64,000 nt of DNA from Myxococcales bacterium (GTDB lineage: Bacteria > Desulfobacterota > Binatia > UTPRO1 > JBBIJE01), in NCBI GenBank assembly GCA_037446155.1, contig JBBIJE010000007.1:1765-65764 (forward strand), given 5' to 3'. This document shows positions 10,054 through 20,300 of the stretch, one piece after another. A model generated the notes under the pieces. The model ran no database searches. It was not told the origin of the DNA and saw only the letters and a program-made list of their open reading frames with translations. A program made the position numbers and the translations under genes. Numbering within the stretch: the stretch's first letter is position 1; every line of letters starts with the position of its first letter.

Positions 10054-12663
10054 TTGAGCGAGACTTTGCGGCGACAATACGAGCGGTTTCTGCCGCTCGT
10101 CGAGAAGCCAGCCCGCTACCTCGGTACCGAGCACGGGGCCATTTACAAGGATCCCAGGGCCGTTTCGGTGCATCTTGCACTCGCCTTCCCAGACGTCTAC
10201 GAGATAGGGCAATCCCATCTGGGATTGCAGATTCTCTATCAGGTTCTGAACCGCGACCGGCGCTTTTACGCCGAACGGGTCTTCGCGCCTTGGCCTGACA
10301 TGGAGCGCCAACTTCGCGCCCGCTCCTTACCGCTAGTCTCCCTGGAAACCGCCACCCCCTTGCGCGACTTTCACATAGTCGGGTTCAGTCTCCAATACGA
10401 GCTCACCTACACCAACATCCTGGCCATGCTCGATCTCGGCGGCATCCCCATCTACAGTTTCGAGCGCACGGCCTCCCAGCCGCTCGTCATCGCCGGAGGA
10501 CCGTGCGCGTTCAATCCGGAGCCACTGGCTCCATTCCTCGATGCCGTGTTGGTGGGCGACGGCGAAGAGGGGGCGGTCGAGATCTGCGAAGCCTACCTCG
10601 CCTGGGACGGTCGCGACCGCTACGCGCTGCTCGAGTCGCTTCGCAGGATCGCGGGGGTGTATGTGCCGCTTCTTTGCCCTGCCGAACCCGCGGGAAGGCT
10701 CGGGTTTGTGTGCGCTCCCCCACGCGGCACCCACGCAGGAACGGTTCGCAAACGCGTCCTGAGCGATCTGGGAAAAGCACCGCCTGTGGCGGCGCAGATC
10801 GTCCCCTTGGTCAGGACCGTGCACAATCGCGCTAACGTGGAGGTCATGCGCGGGTGCGTAAAAGGATGCCGGTTCTGTCAAGCAGGCTATATTTACCGGC
10901 CGTTGCGGGAGCGCAGCCCTTCGTCCGTCATTGGCCGGGCGAGCGAGCTCTTGGGCAACACGGGCCACGACGAGGTGTCGCTGCTCAGCCTGAGCACCGG
11001 CGACTACAGTTGTCTGGAGGGCGTGCTCGAGGCGCTTCTCGCCCGCATTGCCGACCGCGGGGTGGCGGCTTCGCTCCCTTCGACGCGGGTGGACGCCCTG
11101 CGCCCCGATTTGGTGCGTCAGCTCGCGGCGGTGCGCAACACCGGCGTGACGCTCGCTCCGGAAGCGGGGACCGAGCGATTGAGGCGGGTTATCCAGAAGG
11201 AATATACAGAGGAACAATTGCTGGACGCCGCCGCGCGGCTTTTCGCGCATGGCTGGCGGCGACTCAAGCTCTACTTCATGATCGGGCTGCCGACCGAAAC
11301 GGACGAAGACCTCGAGGGAATCGCCAAACTGTGCGCGAGAGTGAAGACCGTCGCCGGCCGCAGAGCGAACGTTACTGCCAGCGTATCGACCTTCGTGCCC
11401 AAACCGCACACACCTTTCCAGTGGATGGAGCAGATCGGCCTGGAGGAAACCAGGCGGCGCCAGCACTACCTAGCCAAGCGGCTTGCCAGGCTCGGGATCC
11501 GATTCAGGTGGCACGATCCTCGCCAGTCTCACCTAGAGGGGATTCTAGCGCGCGGCGATAGGTCTCTAGCACCCGTCATCGAGGGAGCGTATCGCCTCGG
11601 GTGCCGCTTCGATGCATGGACCGACCAACTCAGGCTCGATCTATGGCGCGAGGCGCTTTCCCTTTGCGATGTCGGCCCAGATCGCTTTCTCGGGGCGCGC
11701 TGGACCGAGGATCCTCTGCCCTGGGACCACATAGAAGCCGGGGTCTCGAAGGGATTCCTCTTGCGGGAGTTGGAAGCTGCCCTAGGCGAGATGAGAACGC
11801 CGGACTGTGCCGTAGAGCGATGCAGCCACTGCGGCGTTTGCGACTTCGTAACCATTCGCAACGTCGTGTATGCCCCAAAGGCTGCCAAAGGGACCGAGCG
11901 CCGCTGGGAGCCGCCGCTCGAGAAACCAAAGCCCGGACGGCTTACGGGAGCGACCTCGAAGAAGCCCGTACAGAGAATCAGGCTCGCCCATTTGAAGGTC
12001 GGTTGGGCGCGTTTTCTGGGCAATTTAGATCTCGTGGCGACGATCCTCCAGGCGCTTAGACGGGCGGAGCTTCCGCTTGCGCTGTCCGCCGGCCACCGCC
12101 CCGCACCCTTGCTAAGCCCAGGACCCGCCCTCGCCTTGGGGGTCGAGAGCCTGGGAGAGTTTTTGGATCTTTGGTTTTATAGGCCCCTTCCCCCAACCGA
12201 GGCAGCTCGGCGGCTCAATCGCGAGCTTCCCGAAGAGCTACGCGTGGTGGAAGCGCTCGACGTGCCGCTTTCTTCGCCGAGCATAGAGTCGCAAGTGGAG
12301 GCCTTCGTTTACGAGGTGGACACGGCGGACCTTTGCGCGACGGGAGTCGCCGAAGAGAAGCTTTTAGAGCTCGTAGAGGCGTTTCGCCAGGCCGACACTT
12401 GGCCGGTTCTAAAAACTACAAAGGGGAAGACCCAAACGATCGATGCCAAGGAGTCTTGCGAGCTGCGCTGGCCCGAGGGGGAGAGGAAGTTGATCGCGCA
12501 GCTCGGGCTGGCGGGCGCAAAAGGAGCGCGCCTGCTTCCTCTGCTCGCGAGCGTGCTCAGGCTAAGCCCTGCCGAACTCGCCTTCCTGCGCGTCACCAAG
12601 ATCGAAACTCTGCTTTCGCCGGCCATGCCTTCTCTTCCACGTGGTGCCGCGGCACGTAGTTGA
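10054..12663 (+). CDS. Radical SAM protein (TIGR03960 family, B12-binding-like N-terminus) fused to a TIGR03936/DUF2344 domain
   Basis: 869 aa. Radical SAM CxxxCxxC (GCVKGCRFCQAGY) in the N-terminal ~620 aa; the C-terminal ~250 aa is DUF2344-like. These two families are normally adjacent genes or fused, and are frequently next to rng, as here. Confidence 0.75.
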   Translation: MSETLRRQYERFLPLVEKPARYLGTEHGAIYKDPRAVSVHLALAFPDVYEIGQSHLGLQILYQVLNRDRRFYAERVFAPWPDMERQLRARSLPLVSLETATPLRDFHIVGFSLQYELTYTNILAMLDLGGIPIYSFERTASQPLVIAGGPCAFNPEPLAPFLDAVLVGDGEEGAVEICEAYLAWDGRDRYALLESLRRIAGVYVPLLCPAEPAGRLGFVCAPPRGTHAGTVRKRVLSDLGKAPPVAAQIVPLVRTVHNRANVEVMRGCVKGCRFCQAGYIYRPLRERSPSSVIGRASELLGNTGHDEVSLLSLSTGDYSCLEGVLEALLARIADRGVAASLPSTRVDALRPDLVRQLAAVRNTGVTLAPEAGTERLRRVIQKEYTEEQLLDAAARLFAHGWRRLKLYFMIGLPTETDEDLEGIAKLCARVKTVAGRRANVTASVSTFVPKPHTPFQWMEQIGLEETRRRQHYLAKRLARLGIRFRWHDPRQSHLEGILARGDRSLAPVIEGAYRLGCRFDAWTDQLRLDLWREALSLCDVGPDRFLGARWTEDPLPWDHIEAGVSKGFLLRELEAALGEMRTPDCAVERCSHCGVCDFVTIRNVVYAPKAAKGTERRWEPPLEKPKPGRLTGATSKKPVQRIRLAHLKVGWARFLGNLDLVATILQALRRAELPLALSAGHRPAPLLSPGPALALGVESLGEFLDLWFYRPLPPTEAARRLNRELPEELRVVEALDVPLSSPSIESQVEAFVYEVDTADLCATGVAEEKLLELVEAFRQADTWPVLKTTKGKTQTIDAKESCELRWPEGERKLIAQLGLAGAKGARLLPLLASVLRLSPAELAFLRVTKIETLLSPAMPSLPRGAAARS

Positions 12664-12675
12664 GGGGATCATTCG

Positions 12676-14226
12676 GTGGAAAAAACCATCCTGATAAACT
12701 CCACGCCTCAGGAGGCCCGGGTCGCTATTCTAGAAAACAACGCTCTTGCCGAAATTCAAATCGAACGGCGCCGGGAGCGCGGGATCGTCGGCAGTATCTA
12801 CAAGGGGAAAGTGGTGAGGATCTTACCCGGGATGCAGGCGGCCTTCGTCGACATCGGATTGGAACGGGCGGCTTTTCTGCCCGGCTCCGATTTCCATCCT
12901 GTGGGGGAGGAGATCCCTGGCTTGCGGATGGTCGAGAACGAGCCGGCAGTGGCGGAAGAGGAGAGAGGATTCGAGGTAGAGTATATGCGCCATCCGGCTC
13001 CGCCGGCCGACTTCCCGATCGAGGAACGGCTCTCGCGGGGGCAGGAGATCTTGGTGCAAGTTGCCAAGGGGCCGATTGGCTCCAAAGGGGCGCGCGTAAC
13101 CTCGCGGATATCTCTGCCCGGCCGCTACGTCGTTTACATGCCTACGAGCGACCACCTTGGGGTTTCGCGGCGAATCGAAGACGAGCGGGAGCGCGAGCGT
13201 TTGAGGCAGATCGTGTTGAGCCTGAATCCTCCTGAAGGAGGTTTTATCATTCGCACCGTGTGCGAAGGCCTGTCTAAGGCCGAGATCCACGCCGACCTGC
13301 GCTTCTTGACCCGTCTGTGGCAGCAGATCCTCGAGAAAGCCGAACAGAGCGGCGCACCGAGCCGCCTCCATTACGATATGGATCTGATACTGAGAACCAT
13401 AAGAGATTCCTTCACGAACGAAGTCACAAGAGTACTGGTCGACAATGCGTCGGATTTCCAGCGCATTCGGGACTTCGTGGACACGTTCAGTCCCCGCCTC
13501 AAAGGACGCGTGACCCTCTACGAAGATCCCGAGCCGATCTTCGAGCGTTACGGCATCGAAATGGAGATCGACCGCACCCTCGATCGCAGGGTGTGGCTCA
13601 AGTCCGGTGGCTACATAGTCATAGACCAGACCGAGGCGCTCACGACGATCGACGTCAATACGGGCCGCTTCGTTGGCAGGCAAAACCAGGAAGAAACGGT
13701 GCTCAAGACCAACCTCGAAGCCGCGCGAGAAATCGTGGATCAGCTCAGACTGCGAAATCTCGGCGGAATCGTGATCGTAGATTTTATCGACATGGAGCGG
13801 CCGGAAAACCGCGAGCAGGTCACGGAAACGCTGCGTCAGGCTCTCAAGACGGACCGCGCGCGCACGACCATCTCGGAAATCTCCGATCTCGGCCTGGTCG
13901 AGATGACCCGCAAGCGAACCAGAGAAAGTTTAGAGCAATTGCTCTGCGAGCCTTGCCCTTACTGCGAGGGCAGAGGGCGGGTCAAGTCAGTGCGTACCGT
14001 CGCCTATGAGATTCTCCGAAAGGCTGAATACCAGGCCCGTCTCAACCCCCATACCAAAGTGCTCACCGTGGCCGCCCATCCCGCCGTGGCACACTTTTTA
14101 TGCGAGGAGGAGAGCCCCGCGCTCGAGAGCCTCGAGACGCGCCTTGGTTGTCGGATACTGGTCGAGAGCAACGAACGGCTCGATCGAGCCAAATACGAGA
14201 TCTTGATTAGCGAGGAGGAAGCCTAA
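12676..14226 (+). CDS. rng: Ribonuclease G/E family endoribonuclease
   Basis: 516 aa. S1 domain (GSIYKGKVVRILPGMQAAFVDIG) and RNase E/G catalytic core (DxxxRD region, TEALTTIDVNTG); the C-terminal Zn-link region is CPYCEGRG. Confidence 0.85.
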   Translation: MEKTILINSTPQEARVAILENNALAEIQIERRRERGIVGSIYKGKVVRILPGMQAAFVDIGLERAAFLPGSDFHPVGEEIPGLRMVENEPAVAEEERGFEVEYMRHPAPPADFPIEERLSRGQEILVQVAKGPIGSKGARVTSRISLPGRYVVYMPTSDHLGVSRRIEDERERERLRQIVLSLNPPEGGFIIRTVCEGLSKAEIHADLRFLTRLWQQILEKAEQSGAPSRLHYDMDLILRTIRDSFTNEVTRVLVDNASDFQRIRDFVDTFSPRLKGRVTLYEDPEPIFERYGIEMEIDRTLDRRVWLKSGGYIVIDQTEALTTIDVNTGRFVGRQNQEETVLKTNLEAAREIVDQLRLRNLGGIVIVDFIDMERPENREQVTETLRQALKTDRARTTISEISDLGLVEMTRKRTRESLEQLLCEPCPYCEGRGRVKSVRTVAYEILRKAEYQARLNPHTKVLTVAAHPAVAHFLCEEESPALESLETRLGCRILVESNERLDRAKYEILISEEEA

Positions 14227-14255
14227 TATGACCCGGCTCGCCAGCGTCGACGGAG

Positions 14256-15032
14256 ATGGCGCCGCCAGTCGGCGGGTGCTCGCAGGGAAAGTTCATGGCC
14301 AGCGGTAAAGGCCCTCTCGAGGCCAAGCTGGAATTCGTGACCGGGAGCGCCGGCGCAGCCGGTTTGCGCGAACCGGCGCTTTGCTCCTCGCTTGGCGCGG
14401 CTGTCCCTCTGGGGCCACCGCTTGCCCCTGACTTTTACCTGCAACCAACGCTCGCCGTGGCCAAGGCTCTTTTGGGAAAGGTATTGGCTCGTTGGTCGAA
14501 AGAAGGCGTCACGGCGGGGCGCATAGTCGAGGTTGAGGCCTACCTGGGCGCACGGGACAGAGCGGCTCATTCGTTCAGTCTGCGACGCACACGCCGAAAC
14601 GAGGCCATGTATGGCCCGGGGGGGTCCGCGTACGTGTACTTTATTTACGGTATGCATTACTGCTTTAACGTCGTGACCGGCCCGCCCCAAGTGCCGGAGG
14701 CAGTGCTGGTTAGGGCCGTCGAGCCCCTTTCCGGGCTGGGGGTCATGAGGAAGCGTCGCGGTTGCTCTCCAAAAACGCCCGTCTGGAAGCTCGCAAGCGG
14801 CCCTGCAAATCTCTGCCGGGCCCTGGGTATCGACTTGACCTTGAACGGAGCCCCACTGTGGCAACCTCCTCTCGTGCTATGCGACGCGCCTCGCGTACCC
14901 GAATCGCAGATCGGCAGCAGCGCACGGATCGGCGTGGGATACGCCGGAGCGGACGCCCAAAGGCACTGGCGTTTCTTTTTGCGCCACAGCCCGGCCGTGT
15001 CGGGCCCGCGATCCTTGAATGGGCGAAGATAA
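14256..15032 (+). CDS. DNA-3-methyladenine glycosylase (Mpg/AAG family)
   Basis: Core IVEVEAYLG...AYVYFIYGMHYCFNVV...VLVRAVEP matches the Pur_DNA_glyco family. The true start is probably internal (the MASGKGP methionine or later). Confidence 0.7.
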   Translation: MAPPVGGCSQGKFMASGKGPLEAKLEFVTGSAGAAGLREPALCSSLGAAVPLGPPLAPDFYLQPTLAVAKALLGKVLARWSKEGVTAGRIVEVEAYLGARDRAAHSFSLRRTRRNEAMYGPGGSAYVYFIYGMHYCFNVVTGPPQVPEAVLVRAVEPLSGLGVMRKRRGCSPKTPVWKLASGPANLCRALGIDLTLNGAPLWQPPLVLCDAPRVPESQIGSSARIGVGYAGADAQRHWRFFLRHSPAVSGPRSLNGRR

Positions 15033-15085
15033 GGCGGTCGGCCCCCCTTTTGGCGAGAGTTTTGTCGTTGGTCGTCTAGAACAGC

Positions 15086-16267
15086 TTGCGGGGAGAGGCA
15101 AAGAGCATGGCTGAAGCGCCGGTCGTTCTCGTTCACGGGATCACGGGAGCGAACATGCTGCAAACCTACGACGATTCCTTCGATACGGTTTGGAGCGGGA
15201 CGCAAAAGATATTCGAGTCGATATGGGATCTCGAGCTCGATCCAACGGGTGCTGTGGATAGAGATCCGCGAGACCTGATCGTGCCCGGGCGCATCGAGTG
15301 GCTCGCGTACGCGGAGCTGTTGAGCCGCTTGCGCAAAGACTTTCAGGCTCCCATTTACATTTTTCGTTACGACTGGCGGCGCGACAACGCGGCCTCGGCC
15401 CTGAGATTCGGCGAGTTTCTCGACACCGTCCGCTTGAAGACCGGCGCGGATAATGTCCGCATAGTCACCCACAGCATGGGGGCGCTCGTGCTAGGCGCGC
15501 TCCTCAAACGGCGCGAAGACATGATCCCCCGGGTCGGGCGATGTGTCATGGCCGCCCCACCCTTTCTCGGTGCGGCCGAAGCCGTTCGGGCGCTCATAGT
15601 CGGTCAAAGCGGAATCCTTCCCATCAATTCTAGCGACGCATTCAGGAAGATAGCCCGTTCCTTCCCTAGCGTCTACCAACTCGTGCCCTGCTACCCAGGG
15701 GCGTTCCTCCACCACCTCGAAGGATACCGCGACAGCGACGTTTGGGATCTCGGATATTGGCAGCGGCGGGTCAAGTTCGGCACCCGAGATCGTACTCATT
15801 ACCAGAAACGTCAGGAGATCATGCAACGCCATTTGACGCGAGCTGGCGAATTCCACCGCAGCGAGATCGTCGACTTCGACACCCTTGCCGCTGAAACTCG
15901 GGCAAGATTCATGGTGCTCTATGGAACCGGCGAGAAGACTCTCGAGAAAATCACCGTGCTTCCGAGCAATACTGCCGGTGATATCGCCAATTTCTTCAAA
16001 TTCGACGATCCGGGAAACTTCGGCGACGGCGATGGGACCGTGCCGCTCGCAAGCGCCAAGCGTTTTCGTCGGCTCTTTTCTCACGAGATCAAGCTCGCCA
16101 ATCAGCGCAAGTGGTGGAACCCGTTTTCGTGGGAGGACTCGCTCAAGATCGGTCTCGCCGGGTTCCATGGCGGCTTTCTCGCCCTCGACAAGGTGCAGAG
16201 CGTAGTGGTGGCCTTCCTCAAGGGGCAGCGGCCGAAGCCATCCTGGAGCGATCCCATACGCGAGTAG
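15086..16267 (+). CDS. Alpha/beta-hydrolase, LCAT/PGAP1-like lipase/esterase family
   Basis: 393 aa. [10 protein letters not shown] and nucleophile elbow VTHSMGALV (GxSxG-type). Confidence 0.55.
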   Translation: MRGEAKSMAEAPVVLVHGITGANMLQTYDDSFDTVWSGTQKIFESIWDLELDPTGAVDRDPRDLIVPGRIEWLAYAELLSRLRKDFQAPIYIFRYDWRRDNAASALRFGEFLDTVRLKTGADNVRIVTHSMGALVLGALLKRREDMIPRVGRCVMAAPPFLGAAEAVRALIVGQSGILPINSSDAFRKIARSFPSVYQLVPCYPGAFLHHLEGYRDSDVWDLGYWQRRVKFGTRDRTHYQKRQEIMQRHLTRAGEFHRSEIVDFDTLAAETRARFMVLYGTGEKTLEKITVLPSNTAGDIANFFKFDDPGNFGDGDGTVPLASAKRFRRLFSHEIKLANQRKWWNPFSWEDSLKIGLAGFHGGFLALDKVQSVVVAFLKGQRPKPSWSDPIRE

Positions 16268-16281
16268 AAAGGAGGCAAAGC

Positions 16282-17193
16282 GTGCACAGAAGCTCACCGC
16301 CGATAAGGGTGGGATGGATAGGGACCGGCGTCATGGGAGAACCGATGTGCGCGCATCTGCTGGCTGCGGATTATCCGGTCACCGTCTTCAATCGCACCCG
16401 CAGCCGCGCCGAAGAGCTTCTCCGCCGGGGCGCTGCATGGGCAGGCAGTCCTGCCGAGGTGGCCGCCGCCTCGGATGTAACTTTCACCATGGTAGGCACC
16501 CCTGCAGACGTCCGCGAAGTCATCCTGGGATCCGCGGGTGTCCTAAGCCAGGCGAAGCGCGGATCGCTTGTCGTGGACATGACCACGAGCGAACCCTCCT
16601 TGGCCAAGGAGATACATCGGGCGGCACGGGCCATCGAGGTCGGAGCCGTCGACGCCCCGGTTTCGGGAGGAGACATAGGCGCCCGCGACGCTAGCCTATC
16701 GATCATGGTGGGCGCCGAGGAGCAGGATTTCGCACGAGTCGAGCCCCTGCTGCGACTCTTGGGGCGGACGGTAGTGAGACAGGGTGGCCCGGGGGCCGGC
16801 CAGCACGCCAAGGTCGCCAACCAAATCTTGGTCGCCTCCAACATCGTAGGAGCCTGCGAGGCGTTGCTTTACGGGTATCGAGCAGGCCTCGATCTCAGCA
16901 CGCTGCTTATGTCGGTGAGCCAGGGAGCTGCCGGCTCCTGGTCCCTATCCAATTACGGCCCGCGCATTCTGGCCGGCGACCTGCGGCCCGGCTTCGCGGT
17001 AAGGCATTTCTTGAAAGACCTCGGAATCGCGCTGACCGAGGCCAAACGCATGTCGCTCGCACTGCCCGGCTTGGCTTTGGCTGAGCAGCTCTACCTAGCC
17101 CTCCAGGCACAACGTGGCTCCGAGTTGGGGATCCAGGGACTGGTTTTGGCTCTCGCGCGTGCCTGCGACATCGACTGGCCCCCAGACACTTAG
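16282..17193 (+). CDS. NAD(P)-dependent 3-hydroxyacid dehydrogenase (3-hydroxyisobutyrate dehydrogenase / 2-hydroxy-3-oxopropionate reductase family)
   Basis: Rossmann motif [13 protein letters not shown], and the catalytic region of the HIBADH family. Start placed at the GTG at 16282, preceded by AGGAGG; the track ORF 16111.. carries an in-frame upstream extension overlapping the previous gene. Confidence 0.8.
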   Translation: MHRSSPPIRVGWIGTGVMGEPMCAHLLAADYPVTVFNRTRSRAEELLRRGAAWAGSPAEVAAASDVTFTMVGTPADVREVILGSAGVLSQAKRGSLVVDMTTSEPSLAKEIHRAARAIEVGAVDAPVSGGDIGARDASLSIMVGAEEQDFARVEPLLRLLGRTVVRQGGPGAGQHAKVANQILVASNIVGACEALLYGYRAGLDLSTLLMSVSQGAAGSWSLSNYGPRILAGDLRPGFAVRHFLKDLGIALTEAKRMSLALPGLALAEQLYLALQAQRGSELGIQGLVLALARACDIDWPPDT

Positions 17194-17386
17194 GAGCATC
17201 GGCTCACCGACCCGCCCCGCACCCTCTTGGCCTCCCGAGCTTCCTCTTTTTCTCAACGGCCCCTCGCTGCCCCCCCTTGCAATCCGACCCGCCCCAAGCC
17301 ACCCTGAGCGGGTAGCCGCTTCCAGCGTGGGGCCTGCGTAGGAGCCGTCCGAATGGCACGACCGGCGAGGAAGGGAGGGTTCAGCC

Positions 17387-20300
17387 ATGGTCTTTGGGCC
17401 TGTGGTACTTTTTGCGCTTTTTGCCACCGCCGCGATGCCGTCTGGTGCCGCGGCATCGGTTTGCGACGGCGCGCCCGCCTGCGTACCGGGCGGGGGGAGC
17501 ACGAGGACCGACTGCCTCGTCGAATGGCAAGTATTGCCTACACCGCCGCCTTCGAATGGCTTTCCCTCGGCCAGGATCGACTGCGTGGACGGGACCTCTT
17601 GCGACGGTGACGGGAGCGCCAACGGCGAGTGTTTGGTGTCGATAAATATCTGCATCAACAACGTCGATTCACGCTTGCCTGATTGCAACGCGGCCACGCT
17701 CGGCTTGCCGAAACTGGAGATCGCCTCGGTACAGTTGGCTAAACCACTGAAGGTGAAGCGCGACGGCTTCGACGCCGCCAACAAAGCGGCAATCATAGAA
17801 GCGCTTCGCAGCCTCAATGTACCCGTTACGGCGCGCGAGCTCGGGCTCTTGAGCTCGGGCGGCGGGAGTGCCGAGCAGGCCTGCACCGGCACGCCCCTGC
17901 GCTTTCGGGTTCCCTTGACGATACACCGGGGCGCGGTGACCAAGAGCCGAAAGACCATCAAGATTTTAGCCACTACCCCCCCGCCAGCGGGCGGCACCAA
18001 AGGCATCTTCGACCGGGACCGTCTCAAAATAAGTTGTCTTCCCAACCCGGCACCCCCATCGGTCGCCACCCCCCAACCGACCGGGATCGGCCCGAGTATC
18101 GTAAGCAACGCTACCGATCATCCCGTTCAAATCGAGGGGAGCGCGCTAGCGTCGGGGACGAGGCTCGTTTTGCAAAACCAACAGGGGAAGGAGTTGATGT
18201 GGCTCCCCACGGTCCACATCTCCGATTCTCTTTTGGCTGCGCTGGTCCCAGAGGGCTTTCCGGTTGCGGGAACGACGGCGCGACCGGAAGTGGAGGAGCT
18301 TCGAGCGGTGCTTGTTCACCCCTATCTGGCCGGTGTCGCGCCCGTCGTGCCGAACCGATTCACGGCGGTCGACGACCTGAATTTTACCAACCCCAACTCC
18401 GCAGCTCTCTCCCCCGACCAGAGCAAACTTTACATAACGAGCCCGCAAACGGACGAAGTTTGGGTGTACGACACCGCCGCCAACGCTTTCATCGACCAGG
18501 ACCCGCAGGAGCGGGGAGTTCAAGGGATACCGGTCGGCGACAACCCCTTTCACGTCGAGACTCTGAACCTCGGTGGCGGCAGCGGGTTGATTTGGGTGGT
18601 GAACCGGTTCTCGGATTTCCTCTCTCTGATCGACCCGGTGACCGACCGGGTGGTCGCCAGCGTCCCGGTTCTGAAAATGGCCCAGGAGGTGGAATTCGAC
18701 AACTCCGGGACGCGAGCGTTCGTGACCAACCAAAACCGCAACCTCGTCCAGGTCTTCGACATCTCCGGAAATCCCGAGGCACCGGTAGAGATCACCCGTG
18801 TCGAGGTCGGCATGAGCCCGCGAGGGATGGCGATAAATTCATCCGACACCAAGCTCTACGTCACAAACATCCAGACTGCCGACGTTAGCGTAATCGACGT
18901 GGACGAACAGAGCCCGACCGTCTACACCCTGCGCTCTACTCCAACGGGAATATCCATCCAGCCACGAGCCGGCGACGACATCGTAGGAGGCTTCGCGGAT
19001 GGCTGGGAGGCGTACATCATCGGAGGGCGAGCTCCGAGGGGGGTCGCTTACAGCCGCGCGCTCGACCACGTGTTCGTGAGCAGTGTGGGGCCGAACATCG
19101 GTCCCCGTCCGGGCGTGACCCCCGGTAGCATCAACGGCACGATCATGCACCCCGTGATCACCGTAATCGATGCGAGCACCGACGCGATAGTTCGCCATAT
19201 AGCCATCGAAGGGACCGATCCCGAGCAGATCGCCATCGATGACGACGCGCGACTACTCTACGTTGCCTGCCAAGGCTCGGGGCAGATAAGCGTCCTCGAC
19301 CTGAACCTCGCCACCGGCTCCGCCGCGCAAGCGAACGCTGCGGAGGTGGCGGTAATAGAACTCCCTCTCGCGCCGGGCAGCCCGACGCTGAGCCCACCGA
19401 TTTCCGTGACAGGGGATTACGGAGAGCGGCGCTGCGGTGGTGGCACGAACAATCGCCTACCCTGCCAGCAGGCCGCCGACTGCCCCGGAAGCCCGCTCGG
19501 CGAGCTGGCCTGCCGGCAAAACAATCCGGTCGGGCTGCACAACGGGCCGCGCGGAATAGCCATCGCCCAAGGCGGAAACCCGCTCTACGCCGTAAATCAG
19601 TTCACGCTGAGCGTAACCGAGATCGATACTAGCCTAGCGCCCAGTTTTGCAACCTCTGTGCCGGTCGTGTTCGGCGAGGGCGGCTTTGTCGAAAGGCTCA
19701 GACGGCTGGGACAGATTGATTTCTTTACCGATTTGCGGAACTCCAACGTGAGCTGCGCTACCTGTCATATCGACGACGGCCAGGATGGCCTCATTCATGA
19801 AGCCGATGTCGTCGGGCCGCGCTTGAGACGTGTCCTTTCGGTGCGAAATACCCGCGACATACCGCCGCTTCTACAGGATCAGCTCGTCCCCGATCTCAGG
19901 GCTTTCGTCGATCTCGTGGTACACCTGGAGCGGGACGTACCGGATGCGCAGGTGTGCCTGCCATGTACCAACTTGGGTTGCCTGTTCGACGGCTGCTTTC
20001 TCACGAGCGACCCGGACATGGAAGCCAACAAGGCGTACGTCGAGGACGTGGCGTTTTTCCCCAACCCGAACCTCAACCCTGACGGAAGTCTCTCGACCAG
20101 CGTTCCCTTGCCCGACGGAGGCACGGGCAACGCCGTATCGGGGGCCACCATCTTCGACACGCTAAACTGCGCGAATTGCCATCCCGGGCCTCTCTACACC
20201 ATCGACCAATTCCAGCCGACCGTCGTGAACTTCAGCGACCTCGTGCGAGGCGTCCGCATGCGGGGCGTGGGCACGCCCATCCACCAGTCGCTTCGCGACA

